Below are positions 10,017 to 19,281 of a DNA stretch of 64,000 nucleotides, in pieces. Source of the stretch: an uncultured Ruficoccus sp. (GTDB lineage: Bacteria > Verrucomicrobiota > Verrucomicrobiia > Opitutales > Cerasicoccaceae); NCBI GenBank assembly GCA_965140785.1, contig OZ223481.1, forward strand, positions 672,001 to 736,000, in the 5' to 3' direction. Positions within the stretch are counted from its first letter, which is position 1, and the number at the start of each line of letters is the position of its first letter. Under the pieces are notes generated by a model. That model made no database searches and was not told the DNA's origin. It worked only from the letters and a program-made list of their open reading frames with translations. The position numbers were made by a program, and so were the translations under genes.

Positions 10017-10922
10017 ATGCATACTACGAAATTCGCCATCCTTGCCGGCAGCCTGTCTCTGCTCATGGCTGCCCCCTTCGCATCCGGCGTTACTTACGCT
10101 ACCGATGATTTTGAATCCTATTCCGCTGGCTCTATTAATAATCAAGGCGGAGGTTCCGGCTGGTCCGGAAACTGGGCCGGGGGAGCCGGCCAGAGTATCG
10201 TCGATATGACGGGTAACGAGCTCAGCTACACGGTGAACGGTGGTAACACCATCAGTGGTGGCAACCGTTCCCTCCAGTTGAGTGGGACCAGCGAGATGGC
10301 GGCCAGCCGCGCATTATCCAGCCCGGAGAACGGCACGATCTACATCAGCTACCTGATGCGCGTGACGGGTACGACGATCCAGAACAACGACTTCGCCAGC
10401 ATGTGGCTGAACGAGCCCGGCGTTGCCGCGACGAATCCCGGCCCCTCCACCGGATTCAAGGCCAACAATGGGAACGGCACGGGCACAGAAGACTTCTTTA
10501 TCCGTCCCAACTATGACGGTAACCCCACCCATGCCGGCTATGCCGGAGATGTTGCCATGGATACCACCTATCTGGTGGTGGCCAAGTTCGAAGCCAGCGG
10601 TGGCGCCGGGACCAACTACGACACTTTCAGCCTCTGGATCAATCCCGACGCCTGGGATGAATATAATCCCGATGTGACTTATACCCGCACGAGTGACTGG
10701 GACGAGGTCGGCGTGATCGGCTTCCGTTCGGCCAACCTGAATACGTCCAGCGTCTATTTCGATAACTATTCGGTCACCGACAATTTCGAGGAATCCATTG
10801 GTGGGTTCGCTCCGACTGTGGTGCCCTTTGATCCAGGTTCCGGCCTGGGAATGGCTTTCGTCGGCTGGTTTGCCTGGCGCCGCTTCAAGCGTCGTCTGAG
10901 GGACAAGCAGGCGGCTGCTTAA
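10017..10922 (+). CDS. secreted surface protein with variant PEP-CTERM-like sorting signal (VPFDPG), copy 1
   Basis: Signal peptide; Gly/Asn/Thr-rich body; C-terminus VPFDPGSGLGMAFVGWFAWRRFKRRLRDKQAAA (motif + TM + basic cluster). Confidence 0.85.
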   Translation: MHTTKFAILAGSLSLLMAAPFASGVTYATDDFESYSAGSINNQGGGSGWSGNWAGGAGQSIVDMTGNELSYTVNGGNTISGGNRSLQLSGTSEMAASRALSSPENGTIYISYLMRVTGTTIQNNDFASMWLNEPGVAATNPGPSTGFKANNGNGTGTEDFFIRPNYDGNPTHAGYAGDVAMDTTYLVVAKFEASGGAGTNYDTFSLWINPDAWDEYNPDVTYTRTSDWDEVGVIGFRSANLNTSSVYFDNYSVTDNFEESIGGFAPTVVPFDPGSGLGMAFVGWFAWRRFKRRLRDKQAAA

Positions 10923-10930
10923 ATTTTTAC

Positions 10931-10959
10931 GGGGTCCTCTCCACGGGGGACCCCTTTTT
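10931..10959 (+). terminator. intrinsic terminator
   Basis: ggggtcctc...gggggacccc followed by T5. Confidence 0.7.
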
Positions 10960-10998
10960 ACGTCTGTCCTCTTCTTAAGCTCTCCTGTTTTACGCCTT

Positions 10999-11727
10999 AT
11001 GTCCTCCAGTGTGCTGTCGCTGCCGTCTGACAATCGGACGTCAACCCGTAGTTTTTTGCGCATTATCGGTTGGGCCCTGCTTTTGCTGGGCCTGATTGAT
11101 TATACTTACATCCTGATCGGGACGGATTGGATGAATCCGGTGGCCGAGCTGCGGACGGGGGGGCGCCTGGCCGAGCACATCGTGGCTCCGCTGCTGGGCT
11201 TGCTCTTCCTTCTGATCCCCGTCGGGGGGGATAAGTTTACCGTGGGCGAGGCCCGCGCACGTGCCCGTTTGGCCCGTTTGAGTCTGCTGCTGGGTATTTT
11301 TAGCCTGGCGCTGGTGCCGTTCATCCTGATCAGCGCCATCCGTATCCATCGCGCCTACGACAAGCAGGTGAGCACCTGGGTGAATCAGCAGGAAGAGCTG
11401 ACCGAGGGAGCGATCAAGAAACTCAACGACAAGCGCAGCCATGAGGAGGTGGAGGCCTTTGTGAGACCGCTTCCATTGGATGAAAACATGTTTTACGAGC
11501 CTGACTTGGAGGTCCTTAAGGAAAACTTGATTGAGAACTTCCACGAGATGAACACCGGTAATATCGAGCGCGCGAAGGCCCAGTTGGGCGCACGTCTGCG
11601 CAGCGTCTGGACGGACGCGGCCAAGTGGATGTTGACCGCCCTCATTGGGGCCGTGTCCTATTGGTTGATCGGGTGGAAAGGGCGCCGCTACGCGCGCTTG
11701 GCTGCCTCCGCCAAGGGGAAGAAGTAA
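10999..11727 (+). CDS. HpsJ-like membrane protein
   Basis: Three TMs + coiled region + C-terminal TM; LRIIGWALLLLGLID..WMNPVAELRTGGRLAEH..PLLGL and KWMLTALI resemble HpsJ-family motifs recalled from cyanobacteria. Confidence 0.7.
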   Translation: MSSSVLSLPSDNRTSTRSFLRIIGWALLLLGLIDYTYILIGTDWMNPVAELRTGGRLAEHIVAPLLGLLFLLIPVGGDKFTVGEARARARLARLSLLLGIFSLALVPFILISAIRIHRAYDKQVSTWVNQQEELTEGAIKKLNDKRSHEEVEAFVRPLPLDENMFYEPDLEVLKENLIENFHEMNTGNIERAKAQLGARLRSVWTDAAKWMLTALIGAVSYWLIGWKGRRYARLAASAKGKK

Positions 11728-11924
11728 AAAACTCTGCTCTCTAAAGAAGGTGGAAGGCCTTATTTCCCCCCTTTTTTAAACAGGAAGGCGAAAAAAAGCG
11801 CCCAGCTCGTCATTTTTGCCGCTGACGTGGCGGCCATAAGGTTATGGCACCCTTTAGGTGCCCTACTGCCTTTTGGTTTTACTCTTTCTTATAAAATGCA
11901 TACAAAAAAATAATAAAATTCTGC

Positions 11925-11951
11925 TAAAGGGCAAAGAAATAGCTCCGATAA
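11925..11951 (+). promoter_or_regulatory. sigma-28 (FliA/WhiG)-type promoter
   Basis: TAAA(11925-11928)-N15-TCCGATAA(11944-11951), same spacing to ATG as copy 1. Confidence 0.65.
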
Positions 11952-11975
11952 GACGAACCGCACCATTTTATAGAT

Positions 11976-12878
11976 ATGCATACCAAGAAATTTGCCATCC
12001 TTGCCGGCAGCCTGTCTCTGCTCATGGCTGCCCCCTTCGCATCCGGTGTTACTTATGCCGTAGATGACTTTGAGTCTTATTCAGTGGGTTCCATCGCTGG
12101 CAATAACGGCGGTACCGGCTGGGCTGGCGCCTGGTCTGGAGCTCCCGGCCAGGGTGTCGTCGACACCTCCTCCAATCCGCTGACCTACACTGTAAACGGC
12201 GGGAACACGCTGACCGGCGGTAACAAGTCGCTCCAACTGACGGGCTCCACCCAGTATGCGGCCTCCCGCGATCTGGCCAGCCCGCAAACCGGCGCGATTT
12301 ACATCAGCTATCTGATGCGCGTGGACGGGACGACGATTCAGGACAACGATTTCGCCAGCATGTGGCTGAACGCCCCCGGCACCGCCGCGAGCAATCCCGG
12401 CCCCTCCACCGGCTTTAAGGCTAACAACGGCGACGGTGCGGGTACCGAAGACTTCTTCATCCGCCCCTATCATGACGGCAACAACGCCGGCTACGCGGGG
12501 GACGTGAACCTCGGCGAAACCTATCTGGTCGTGGCCAAGTTCGAAGCCAGCGGTGCCAACGGGGCCAACTACGACACCTTTAGCCTCTGGGTGAATCCGG
12601 ATGCCTGGGACGAATTTGCCCCGGACGCCACTTATTACGGGGAGAGCTACATCACGCAGCTCAATACGCTGGGCTTCCGCTCGGCCAACCTCGACAATGG
12701 TACCTCCGTCCTGATCGACAACTTCACCACCACGGACAACTTTGAGGAGTCCATCGGTGGATTCAGCCCGACCACGGTCCCCTTCGATCCGGGGGCCGGA
12801 CTTGGGATGGCTTTCGTTGGCTGGTTCGCCTGGCGCCGCTTCAAGCGTCGTTTGAGCGACAAGCAGGCAGCTGCTTAA
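11976..12878 (+). CDS. secreted surface protein with VPFDPG sorting signal, copy 2
   Basis: Clear paralog of 10017..10922; C-terminus VPFDPGAGLGMAFVGWFAWRRFKRRLSDKQAAA. Confidence 0.85.
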   Translation: MHTKKFAILAGSLSLLMAAPFASGVTYAVDDFESYSVGSIAGNNGGTGWAGAWSGAPGQGVVDTSSNPLTYTVNGGNTLTGGNKSLQLTGSTQYAASRDLASPQTGAIYISYLMRVDGTTIQDNDFASMWLNAPGTAASNPGPSTGFKANNGDGAGTEDFFIRPYHDGNNAGYAGDVNLGETYLVVAKFEASGANGANYDTFSLWVNPDAWDEFAPDATYYGESYITQLNTLGFRSANLDNGTSVLIDNFTTTDNFEESIGGFSPTTVPFDPGAGLGMAFVGWFAWRRFKRRLSDKQAAA

Positions 12879-12884
12879 ATTTTA

Positions 12885-12917
12885 AGAGGGGCCCTCACCA
12901 TGGGGCTCCTTTTTTTT
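12885..12917 (+). terminator. intrinsic terminator
   Basis: GC-rich hairpin ggggccc...ggggctcc followed by a T run. Confidence 0.65.
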
Positions 12918-12971
12918 AACAGGAAGTCCGGAAAGGACGTAAAGCAGGCTCATGCAGGGGTCTTCGGCCTT

Positions 12972-13406
12972 TCAACCCGCCTGAGACAAAAAGCTTAACG
13001 CGGCGCTGTAGCCGCTGAAGCCGAGCCCGGAGATGACGGCCTCGCAGACCGGGGCAGTCAAGCTCTTGTGGCGAAATTCCTCGCGCTGGTAGATGTTGGA
13101 GATGTGCACCTCCACGCAGCGCAGGCCGGTCCCGGCGATGGCGTCGCGCAGGGCCACGCTCGTATGGGTGAAGGCGCCGGGATTGACGACCGCGCCCGCG
13201 AACCCCGCGTCGGCCCAGGCAGCAAGCTTGTCGATCAGCTCGCCCTCATGGTTGGACTGGAAGCAATCGAGGCTCACCCCGGCCGTGTCGGCTTCTTGCT
13301 GGAGCTGGGCGAGCAGGTCGTCGAGGGTGGCATGACCGTAGATGTCCGGTTCGCGCTTGCCGAGCCGGTTCAGGTTGGGACCGTTGAGGATGCCGATTTG
13401 CTTCAT
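12972..13406 (-). CDS. aroQ: type II 3-dehydroquinate dehydratase
   Basis: LNGPNLNRLGKREPDIYG, QSNHEG, NPGAFTHTS, EVHISNIYQREEFRH. Confidence 0.95.
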   Translation of the reverse strand: MKQIGILNGPNLNRLGKREPDIYGHATLDDLLAQLQQEADTAGVSLDCFQSNHEGELIDKLAAWADAGFAGAVVNPGAFTHTSVALRDAIAGTGLRCVEVHISNIYQREEFRHKSLTAPVCEAVISGLGFSGYSAALSFLSQAG

Positions 13407-13615
13407 GGGGAGGAGTTTTACCGCAGAAAAACACGAAAGGGGAGACTGAAATTGCAGGACAGAGTCCTGCACCTGTGATCTTTACGGATCACGGATGCTG
13501 CCGCCAACGCTGCAGCATGGGCCGTAGTGGTGGTCGCCAACTCAAACGAACTTCGTAAGCCTCGTACAGGCAGGGTACGAATCTTGTAGGTAGATTTCCA
13601 TCTATAGCGAGCAAT

Positions 13616-13677
13616 GGGGTAGCGGCCTTTTGGCCGCGTAGGGGCGGAGCCCCTCCATACCCGCGGGTGTAACCCGC
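13616..13677 (-). repeat. REP-like intergenic repeat, copy 1
   Basis: Reverse complement aggggctccgcccctacgcggccaaaaggccgctacccc nearly matches 38732-38771. Confidence 0.65.
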
Positions 13678-14432
13678 TAGAGGGGGCAGTCGGTAGGGAG
13701 GAATTCCCACTCCAGGCCGAATTTTTCGGCGCACTCGGCGGCGAGCGCCATGACACCGAAGACCTCGGTCGCGTAGTGGCCGCCGAGGTAGAGGTTAAAA
13801 CCCTCCTCCTGGGCGATGTTGAAATGCTCCTGCTTGAGCTCGCCGGTGAGAAAGGTGTCGATCCCGGCGGCTTTGAGGTGGGCGATGGCGGACTGGCCGC
13901 TGCCGGAGAGCAGGCCCATGCGCTTGGGTTGCTCGGGGCCGCACTCGATGGCGGTGAAGCTGGCCGGGAACAGCTCCTGGATGCGCTGGCGCAGGACGGT
14001 GCGCAGGGGAACGTTTTCGATGATCGCACCGATGCAGTGGCCTTCGTAGGGCAGGAACCAGTCGGTGATCTCCAGGGCCAGGCGGCGGGCGATGCAGGCG
14101 TTGTTGCCGATCTTGCGGTGCAGGTCCAGCGGCAGGTGGCTGCTGTACACGGCGATGTCGGCCTCGAACAGTTTGCGCACCTTGCGGTAGTTCGCCCCGG
14201 TCATCGGCAGGGGGGGCTTCCAGTTCATGCCGTGATGGACGATGAGAAAGTCCACCCCCGCAGCGGCGGCCAGCTCGAAGGGCACGGCCCCGGCGTCCAC
14301 GGCGGCGCCGATCTTCGTGACTTTCCCCGAGTTGGCGGCCTGGAGGCCGTTCATGGCAGGCGCAAAGTCCGTGATTTGCGAGCGGTTTGTGCGCTCGTCA
14401 CAAAAGGCTACGAGGTCTTCCAGTCGCGGCAT
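13677..14432 (-). CDS. Nif3-like dinuclear metal-centre protein (YbgI family)
   Basis: NGLQ, LIVHHG, SSHLPLD, GNN, LSGSG, TGE, GGHYATE. Confidence 0.9.
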   Translation of the reverse strand: MPRLEDLVAFCDERTNRSQITDFAPAMNGLQAANSGKVTKIGAAVDAGAVPFELAAAAGVDFLIVHHGMNWKPPLPMTGANYRKVRKLFEADIAVYSSHLPLDLHRKIGNNACIARRLALEITDWFLPYEGHCIGAIIENVPLRTVLRQRIQELFPASFTAIECGPEQPKRMGLLSGSGQSAIAHLKAAGIDTFLTGELKQEHFNIAQEEGFNLYLGGHYATEVFGVMALAAECAEKFGLEWEFLPTDCPL

Positions 14433-14567
14433 GCCTCCTAATTAGAGGCAATACGGGACCGACTTCCATGAAAAAACCTCAGGTAATGGAATTTCCCCCG
14501 GCCATCTCAGGGGCAAAAGGGATTGCTCCTGCGCAACTTCGGGGGGATAATAGGCGTTTCTTTACCC

Positions 14568-15242
14568 ATGCCAGATTTTAAGCAAATTCGGGGTGTTGTC
14601 TTCGACATGGACGGGCTCATGCTCGATACGGAGCGTCTGTTCCGGCGGGCTTACCAGCAGGCCGCGATGGAGGTCGGGGTACACTTTCCGGACGAATTGT
14701 ACGCCGAAATGATCGGTCACCGGGCTGATTCGAGCCAGCGCATCCTGCGCGAGGGGCTGGGCCCGGGCGTCCCCCACGAGGAGATCATCGAGGGCGCGCG
14801 CCGGCACTACTACGCGCTGCTGGAAAAAGACGGCGTACCCGTGCGCCCCGGCCTGTTGGAAACGCTGGACTACCTCGATGAAGTTTCGATGCCCCGGGCC
14901 GTGGCCACCTCGACCCACGCCGGGCTGACTCAGAGTAAGCTGACCGCCGCCGGCCTTTCCGCCCGCCTGCCTGTCGTGGTGAGCGGGGACCAGGTCGAGA
15001 ACGGAAAACCCTCGCCGGACATCTACCTGCGTGCGGCCGAGTTGTTGGAGCTCGACCCGATACACTGCCTCGTGCTGGAGGATTCCGCCACCGGCCTGGA
15101 GGGAGCCCACCGCGCCGGTATGATGCCGGTGCTCATTCCGGACCTGCGCGAGCCCACCGACAGGATGCGCGAACACGCCGCTTGTATTTATTCTTCACTA
15201 CACGACTTTGCCGAAGCCTTCCGCCGCGGGCGGGAGAGCTGA
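14568..15242 (+). CDS. HAD family phosphatase
   Basis: FDMDGLMLDTE, ATST, GKPSPDIY, LEDS. Confidence 0.88.
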   Translation: MPDFKQIRGVVFDMDGLMLDTERLFRRAYQQAAMEVGVHFPDELYAEMIGHRADSSQRILREGLGPGVPHEEIIEGARRHYYALLEKDGVPVRPGLLETLDYLDEVSMPRAVATSTHAGLTQSKLTAAGLSARLPVVVSGDQVENGKPSPDIYLRAAELLELDPIHCLVLEDSATGLEGAHRAGMMPVLIPDLREPTDRMREHAACIYSSLHDFAEAFRRGRES

Positions 15243-15279
15243 GCCCGCAATCGCATTGATTGCCAACCGCCGCCGCCCC

Positions 15280-16417
15280 ATGCACCGATTTCTCCGCCAC
15301 CGCCCCTGGTTCCTTTTGCTGGGGCTGCTGCTGATAACCGCCTCTCCACTGGAGGCCGCCCGCACCATTGGTAAGCTGGAGGCCGGGGACAAGGTTTACT
15401 ACAACGTCCGCGTGAAGGAAGTACTGCCGGATGCGATCATCATCCTGCACCAGGAGGGAATCGCCAAGGTTCCGCTGGAGGACCTGCCGGAAAATCTCCA
15501 ACGGGCCTTCCACTACGATCCCGAGCGGGCCAAGGCGTACCGGGCTTACCTGGCCAAGCAGGAGGAGGCCCGTCGCCAGCAGCAGGCGCAGGAAAAAGCG
15601 AAGCGGGCGAAAGAGCAGAAGGCCAAAAACAAGCCCGTGACCCTGGCCGACCGGATGCTGCCCCTGTTCGGCAGCCCGCCCGAACTTCAGGAGCGCGTGG
15701 ACCTGCGGCCCGAGTTCCGCGAGATGGGCTTTTATGCGAAAAGCCAGGGACGCCGCCCGAGCTGCGCGGTCTTCTCCGTGGTCAGCGCGCTGGAGTACCA
15801 ACTGGGGCGCAACACCGGCGAACCCCGTCGGCTCTCCGAAGAGTACCTCATCTGGGCCACGCGCCAGTCACTCGGGATGTCGCAGATCCGCATGAAAGAC
15901 GGCGGGGACATGACCGGCGACGAGGACCTGGGTTTTACGCTGATGGAGGTGGTGCAGGCGCTGCGGGCCTACGGCGTGGCGGATGCCGAGGACTTGCCCA
16001 ATACCTTCGGCGCATCCATGGCCGAGATCGAGGAGCCGCCCACCGAAACGGTGGAAAAAGCCCGCGACCGCCGCCGCGTCGAGGCCTACTGGGTCAGTGG
16101 CCGCACCCCGGAGGAGCAGCTCGACGGCATTTTTCATCTGCTCAACAACGATGTGCCCGTCGTCATCGGCCTGGCCTGGCCCAACTACGCGGCGGTTTCA
16201 CGCTCGCCGCTGATCGACGACCAGACGCCGCGGGCGGGGGGCCGGGCACGCCGTCACCCTCGTGGGCTACAAGTGTGAGTCCGGCAACCCCGAGGACGCG
16301 CGTTTCCAGTTCAAAAACTCCTGGGGCCCGCGCTGGGGCAACGGCGGTTACGGTTGGGTCTCCTGGGACTACCTGCGAGACAACCTGCACAGCGCGGTCT
16401 TCCTCGACTGCGAGTGA
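15280..16417 (+). pseudogene. secreted C1 (papain-like) cysteine peptidase, frameshifted (possibly assembly error)
   Basis: QGRRPSCAVF in ORF 15208..16278; GHAVTLVGY and FKNSWG lie in another frame after the G6 run at 16236-16241; stop 16417. Confidence 0.8.
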
Positions 16418-16482
16418 GTGCTTCCGAGCGCTCACTCTTTCAAACCGTCAAACGCTCAAGCATGTAAACTTCCCCGCGTGGA

Positions 16483-17649
16483 TCACGCCGGAGGCAGGCG
16501 GCTGATGATATCGTCGCGGTTGGCGTGAAAGATCGCTTCCTCACGGGTGATGACGCCTTCCTCGCACAGGTTGACCAACTGGCGCTCCAGCGTTATCATG
16601 CCGACCTCGGCGCTGGTTTCCATCGCCGAGTAAACCTGGGCGAGCTTGGCGGTGCGCAGGAAGTTGCCCATCTGCGGAGTGTTGCGGAAGACCTCCATGG
16701 CCACCGCGCGGCCATTGCCGTCGGCGCGGGGGACGAGCTTCTGGCTGAGCACGTAGGAGAGGCTGAAGGAGAGCTGCGTGCACAGTTCGCGCTCCCGGTC
16801 GGAGGGGAACATGTCGATCAGACGGGTCAGCGCGCCGATGCAGTCGCGGGTGTGCAGCGTGGCGAAAACGAGGTGGCCGGTTTCGGCGGCGGTGAGGGTG
16901 AGGGCGGCGGTTTCGAGGTCGCGGATTTCACCGACGAGGATGATGTCCGGGTCCTCGCGCAACGCGCTGCGCAGCCCCGCCGAAAAGGACGAGGTGTGCA
17001 TGCCCACCTCCCGCTGGGAAATGAGCGAGCGGTCGCTTTTAAAGATGTACTCGATCGGGTCCTCCAGCGTGATGATGCGCAGTGAGCGGGTGCGGATGAT
17101 CGCGTGCAGCAGGCTGGCGATGGTGGTGGACTTACCGCTGCCGGTGACCCCGGAGACGATGACCAGCCCCTGGCGCATGCCCACGATGCGCTGCCAGATA
17201 CTGTCGTAGGGGAAGCCGACCTCGGAAATTTCGGGGATACGCGGAGGGAGCAGCCGGATGACCGCAGCCAGGCCGGTGCTGTCCCGAAAGGCGTTGATGC
17301 GGTAGCTGTAGGTGCCTTCGGGCAGATCCAGCGCGTAGCCGCAGTCGATGTCATCCATCAGGTTCTGCTGCATGTGTGCCCGGTCGGACTCGGACAGCAG
17401 GGGGTAGATCAGCGCCTCGGCCAGCTCCTGGGTGAGCACCTCTCCCCCGGGGATGGAGTGGAGGTCCTCGTCCATGCGGAAGCGCACTGGCTGGCCCACC
17501 TTGAGGTGAAAGTCCGAGATGCGCGGCAGCCCGTTGCTCATGTACTCCGGATCAATCGCGCTGCTGAGCAAGTCCACGATGCTGTAGCGCGTGTCGTTGG
17601 CGCTATAGACTTTGTTCTCGAGGTCGTAGGTGGGCGGAGGCGTGGACAT
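16483..17649 (-). CDS. pilT: PilT/PilU family type IV pilus ATPase
   Basis: GVTGSGKSTT, TLEDPIE, LREDPDIILVGEIRD, AETGHLVFATLH. Confidence 0.85.
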   Translation of the reverse strand: MSTPPPTYDLENKVYSANDTRYSIVDLLSSAIDPEYMSNGLPRISDFHLKVGQPVRFRMDEDLHSIPGGEVLTQELAEALIYPLLSESDRAHMQQNLMDDIDCGYALDLPEGTYSYRINAFRDSTGLAAVIRLLPPRIPEISEVGFPYDSIWQRIVGMRQGLVIVSGVTGSGKSTTIASLLHAIIRTRSLRIITLEDPIEYIFKSDRSLISQREVGMHTSSFSAGLRSALREDPDIILVGEIRDLETAALTLTAAETGHLVFATLHTRDCIGALTRLIDMFPSDRERELCTQLSFSLSYVLSQKLVPRADGNGRAVAMEVFRNTPQMGNFLRTAKLAQVYSAMETSAEVGMITLERQLVNLCEEGVITREEAIFHANRDDIISRLPPA

Positions 17650-17673
17650 GAGTGGATAAAGGGGCGGAAAGGG

Positions 17674-18423
17674 TCAAGGTTTCGGGGCGAGCTTTGCGTC
17701 GTCCGTTTTTTTCTCGATCGTAAAGATGACGTAGATATAGCTGCGGAAACTTATGGTCTGGGGAAGGTAATAAACGGAGCCTTCGTCGCTGGACGCAGGA
17801 GCGTATTGGATACTATAGCTTTCATCCGGGACATATCGCAGGTGGATGTTCATGAAATGCTCTTCGGAGATCGTGTAAACGCCTTTAACTTGCATGCCAA
17901 ACTTACCGGTCAGCAGGTTGGCTTTTTCTTTGGCATTAGCGACGGCTTCGTTCAGCAGTTCGTCTTCAATCGTTTTCTCCTTGGTCGAGCCGAAATAGAC
18001 ATACAGTCTTCCAGTGCTTTCCCGCTGGTTGAGGTAATCCACCAGCAACGGAAAGGCATCCAACTGATCGAGCGTAATTTTTACGTCTCGGTTGGTTTCG
18101 TAAACCTGCGGCTTGGTCTTTTCCCAAGAGTTGGCCCGCTTACCCTCAGTCTGGATTTCATAGGAGACGATGCCTGTTGTCGGCAGATGGTTGCTCTCAA
18201 AGAAATCGAGCAACTTCGTGAACTCGCCATTGTTGGCGCTCAGGGCGTCGTCATAGGTCTCGCCGCGGGTCAGAATGTCGAGCGAGAGGGTGAACTGGTC
18301 GGGCGGGACTTTCCGGATCGCCTCACCCTCGACATGGATGAAGGGCTCGTTGGGCGTGACCTCGGCATTGAGCCAGGCTGTGAAAAAGAGGAGAAGGAGG
18401 AAAACTTTCGGAGAGTGGGGCAT
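17674..18423 (-). CDS. SIMPL domain (DUF541) periplasmic protein
   Basis: Signal peptide; IHVEGEAIRKVPPD and EAVANAKEKA motifs. Confidence 0.75.
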   Translation of the reverse strand: MPHSPKVFLLLLFFTAWLNAEVTPNEPFIHVEGEAIRKVPPDQFTLSLDILTRGETYDDALSANNGEFTKLLDFFESNHLPTTGIVSYEIQTEGKRANSWEKTKPQVYETNRDVKITLDQLDAFPLLVDYLNQRESTGRLYVYFGSTKEKTIEDELLNEAVANAKEKANLLTGKFGMQVKGVYTISEEHFMNIHLRYVPDESYSIQYAPASSDEGSVYYLPQTISFRSYIYVIFTIEKKTDDAKLAPKP

Positions 18424-18477
18424 AGGGATAAATATCACTTTCCGGCAAGAAAAGCGGCCTCCGTCTTCGAGGCCTCC

Positions 18478-19173
18478 TCAGGGTAGGAGGCCGCGGGCGC
18501 GTTTGCGCTGGAGGGCGCTGGTCAGAACCTGGCGGATGTGGGCGGAGTTGCCCTCGAAGCCCGGCATGTTGACCAGCCAGGCGTAGATGGCTTCGGCCTG
18601 GTCGGGGGTCATCAGCGAGGGGGTCTCCAGCACGCGGTCGAAGGCGTCCACCACGGCCTGGGCGATGACGCGCACGAGGGTCTTGGCCACATCGGAGCTG
18701 CGGCGCTCGATCAGCATGTCGGCGGCCTCGACGAGCGGGAACTCCTTAAAAATGTTCTGGTAGATGCTCATGGCATCGATGATCTCGACCTCGGTGCGCG
18801 GGTAGAAGCACGCCATTAGATTCCACGGGTAGTCCTTGGCGTCGCCCACGCCGGTGCGGAAGTCGCTGCGCACGATCACCGTCGGGATGTCCGCGAACTT
18901 GGCGAACATGTACTCGACCACGGTGCCCGAGTCCAGTTCGGCCCCGTCGAAGCCGAACAGCGCCAGGTCGCACTCAAGCAGGTTGAGGATGTTGTGATCG
19001 CGCAACTGCTGCGGGGTGCTCTCGGGGCGGGCGAGATTCTGCGGGAGCACGCTGCAATAGCGCCGGTCGGACAAATCGGAGATGGCCTCGGCCAGCAGTG
19101 CGTTGCCGGCAAGGTCTTTGTGGGTAAACAACTCTCCGGCAAAGTAGATATTCAAAGAGGGTACGTCGGCCAT
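18478..19173 (-). CDS. nucleoside 2-deoxyribosyltransferase / N-glycosidase family protein
   Basis: IYFAGELF and FDGAELDSGTVVEY motifs. Confidence 0.8.
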   Translation of the reverse strand: MADVPSLNIYFAGELFTHKDLAGNALLAEAISDLSDRRYCSVLPQNLARPESTPQQLRDHNILNLLECDLALFGFDGAELDSGTVVEYMFAKFADIPTVIVRSDFRTGVGDAKDYPWNLMACFYPRTEVEIIDAMSIYQNIFKEFPLVEAADMLIERRSSDVAKTLVRVIAQAVVDAFDRVLETPSLMTPDQAEAIYAWLVNMPGFEGNSAHIRQVLTSALQRKRARGLLP

Positions 19174-19281
19174 ATGCCACCTACCGATGGCAGGTGAACC
19201 GCCCGAAAACAACAAAAAAGCGGCCCGCCCGGCGGACCGTTTGCGCTTTGCAAGGCTCTGTCGCGGCCATATCATAACCGC

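Noticed and set aside
16483..17649. PilT as part of the prepilin operon at 22130
   Set aside because: Separated by unrelated genes and no shared operator seen; a functional link is unsupported
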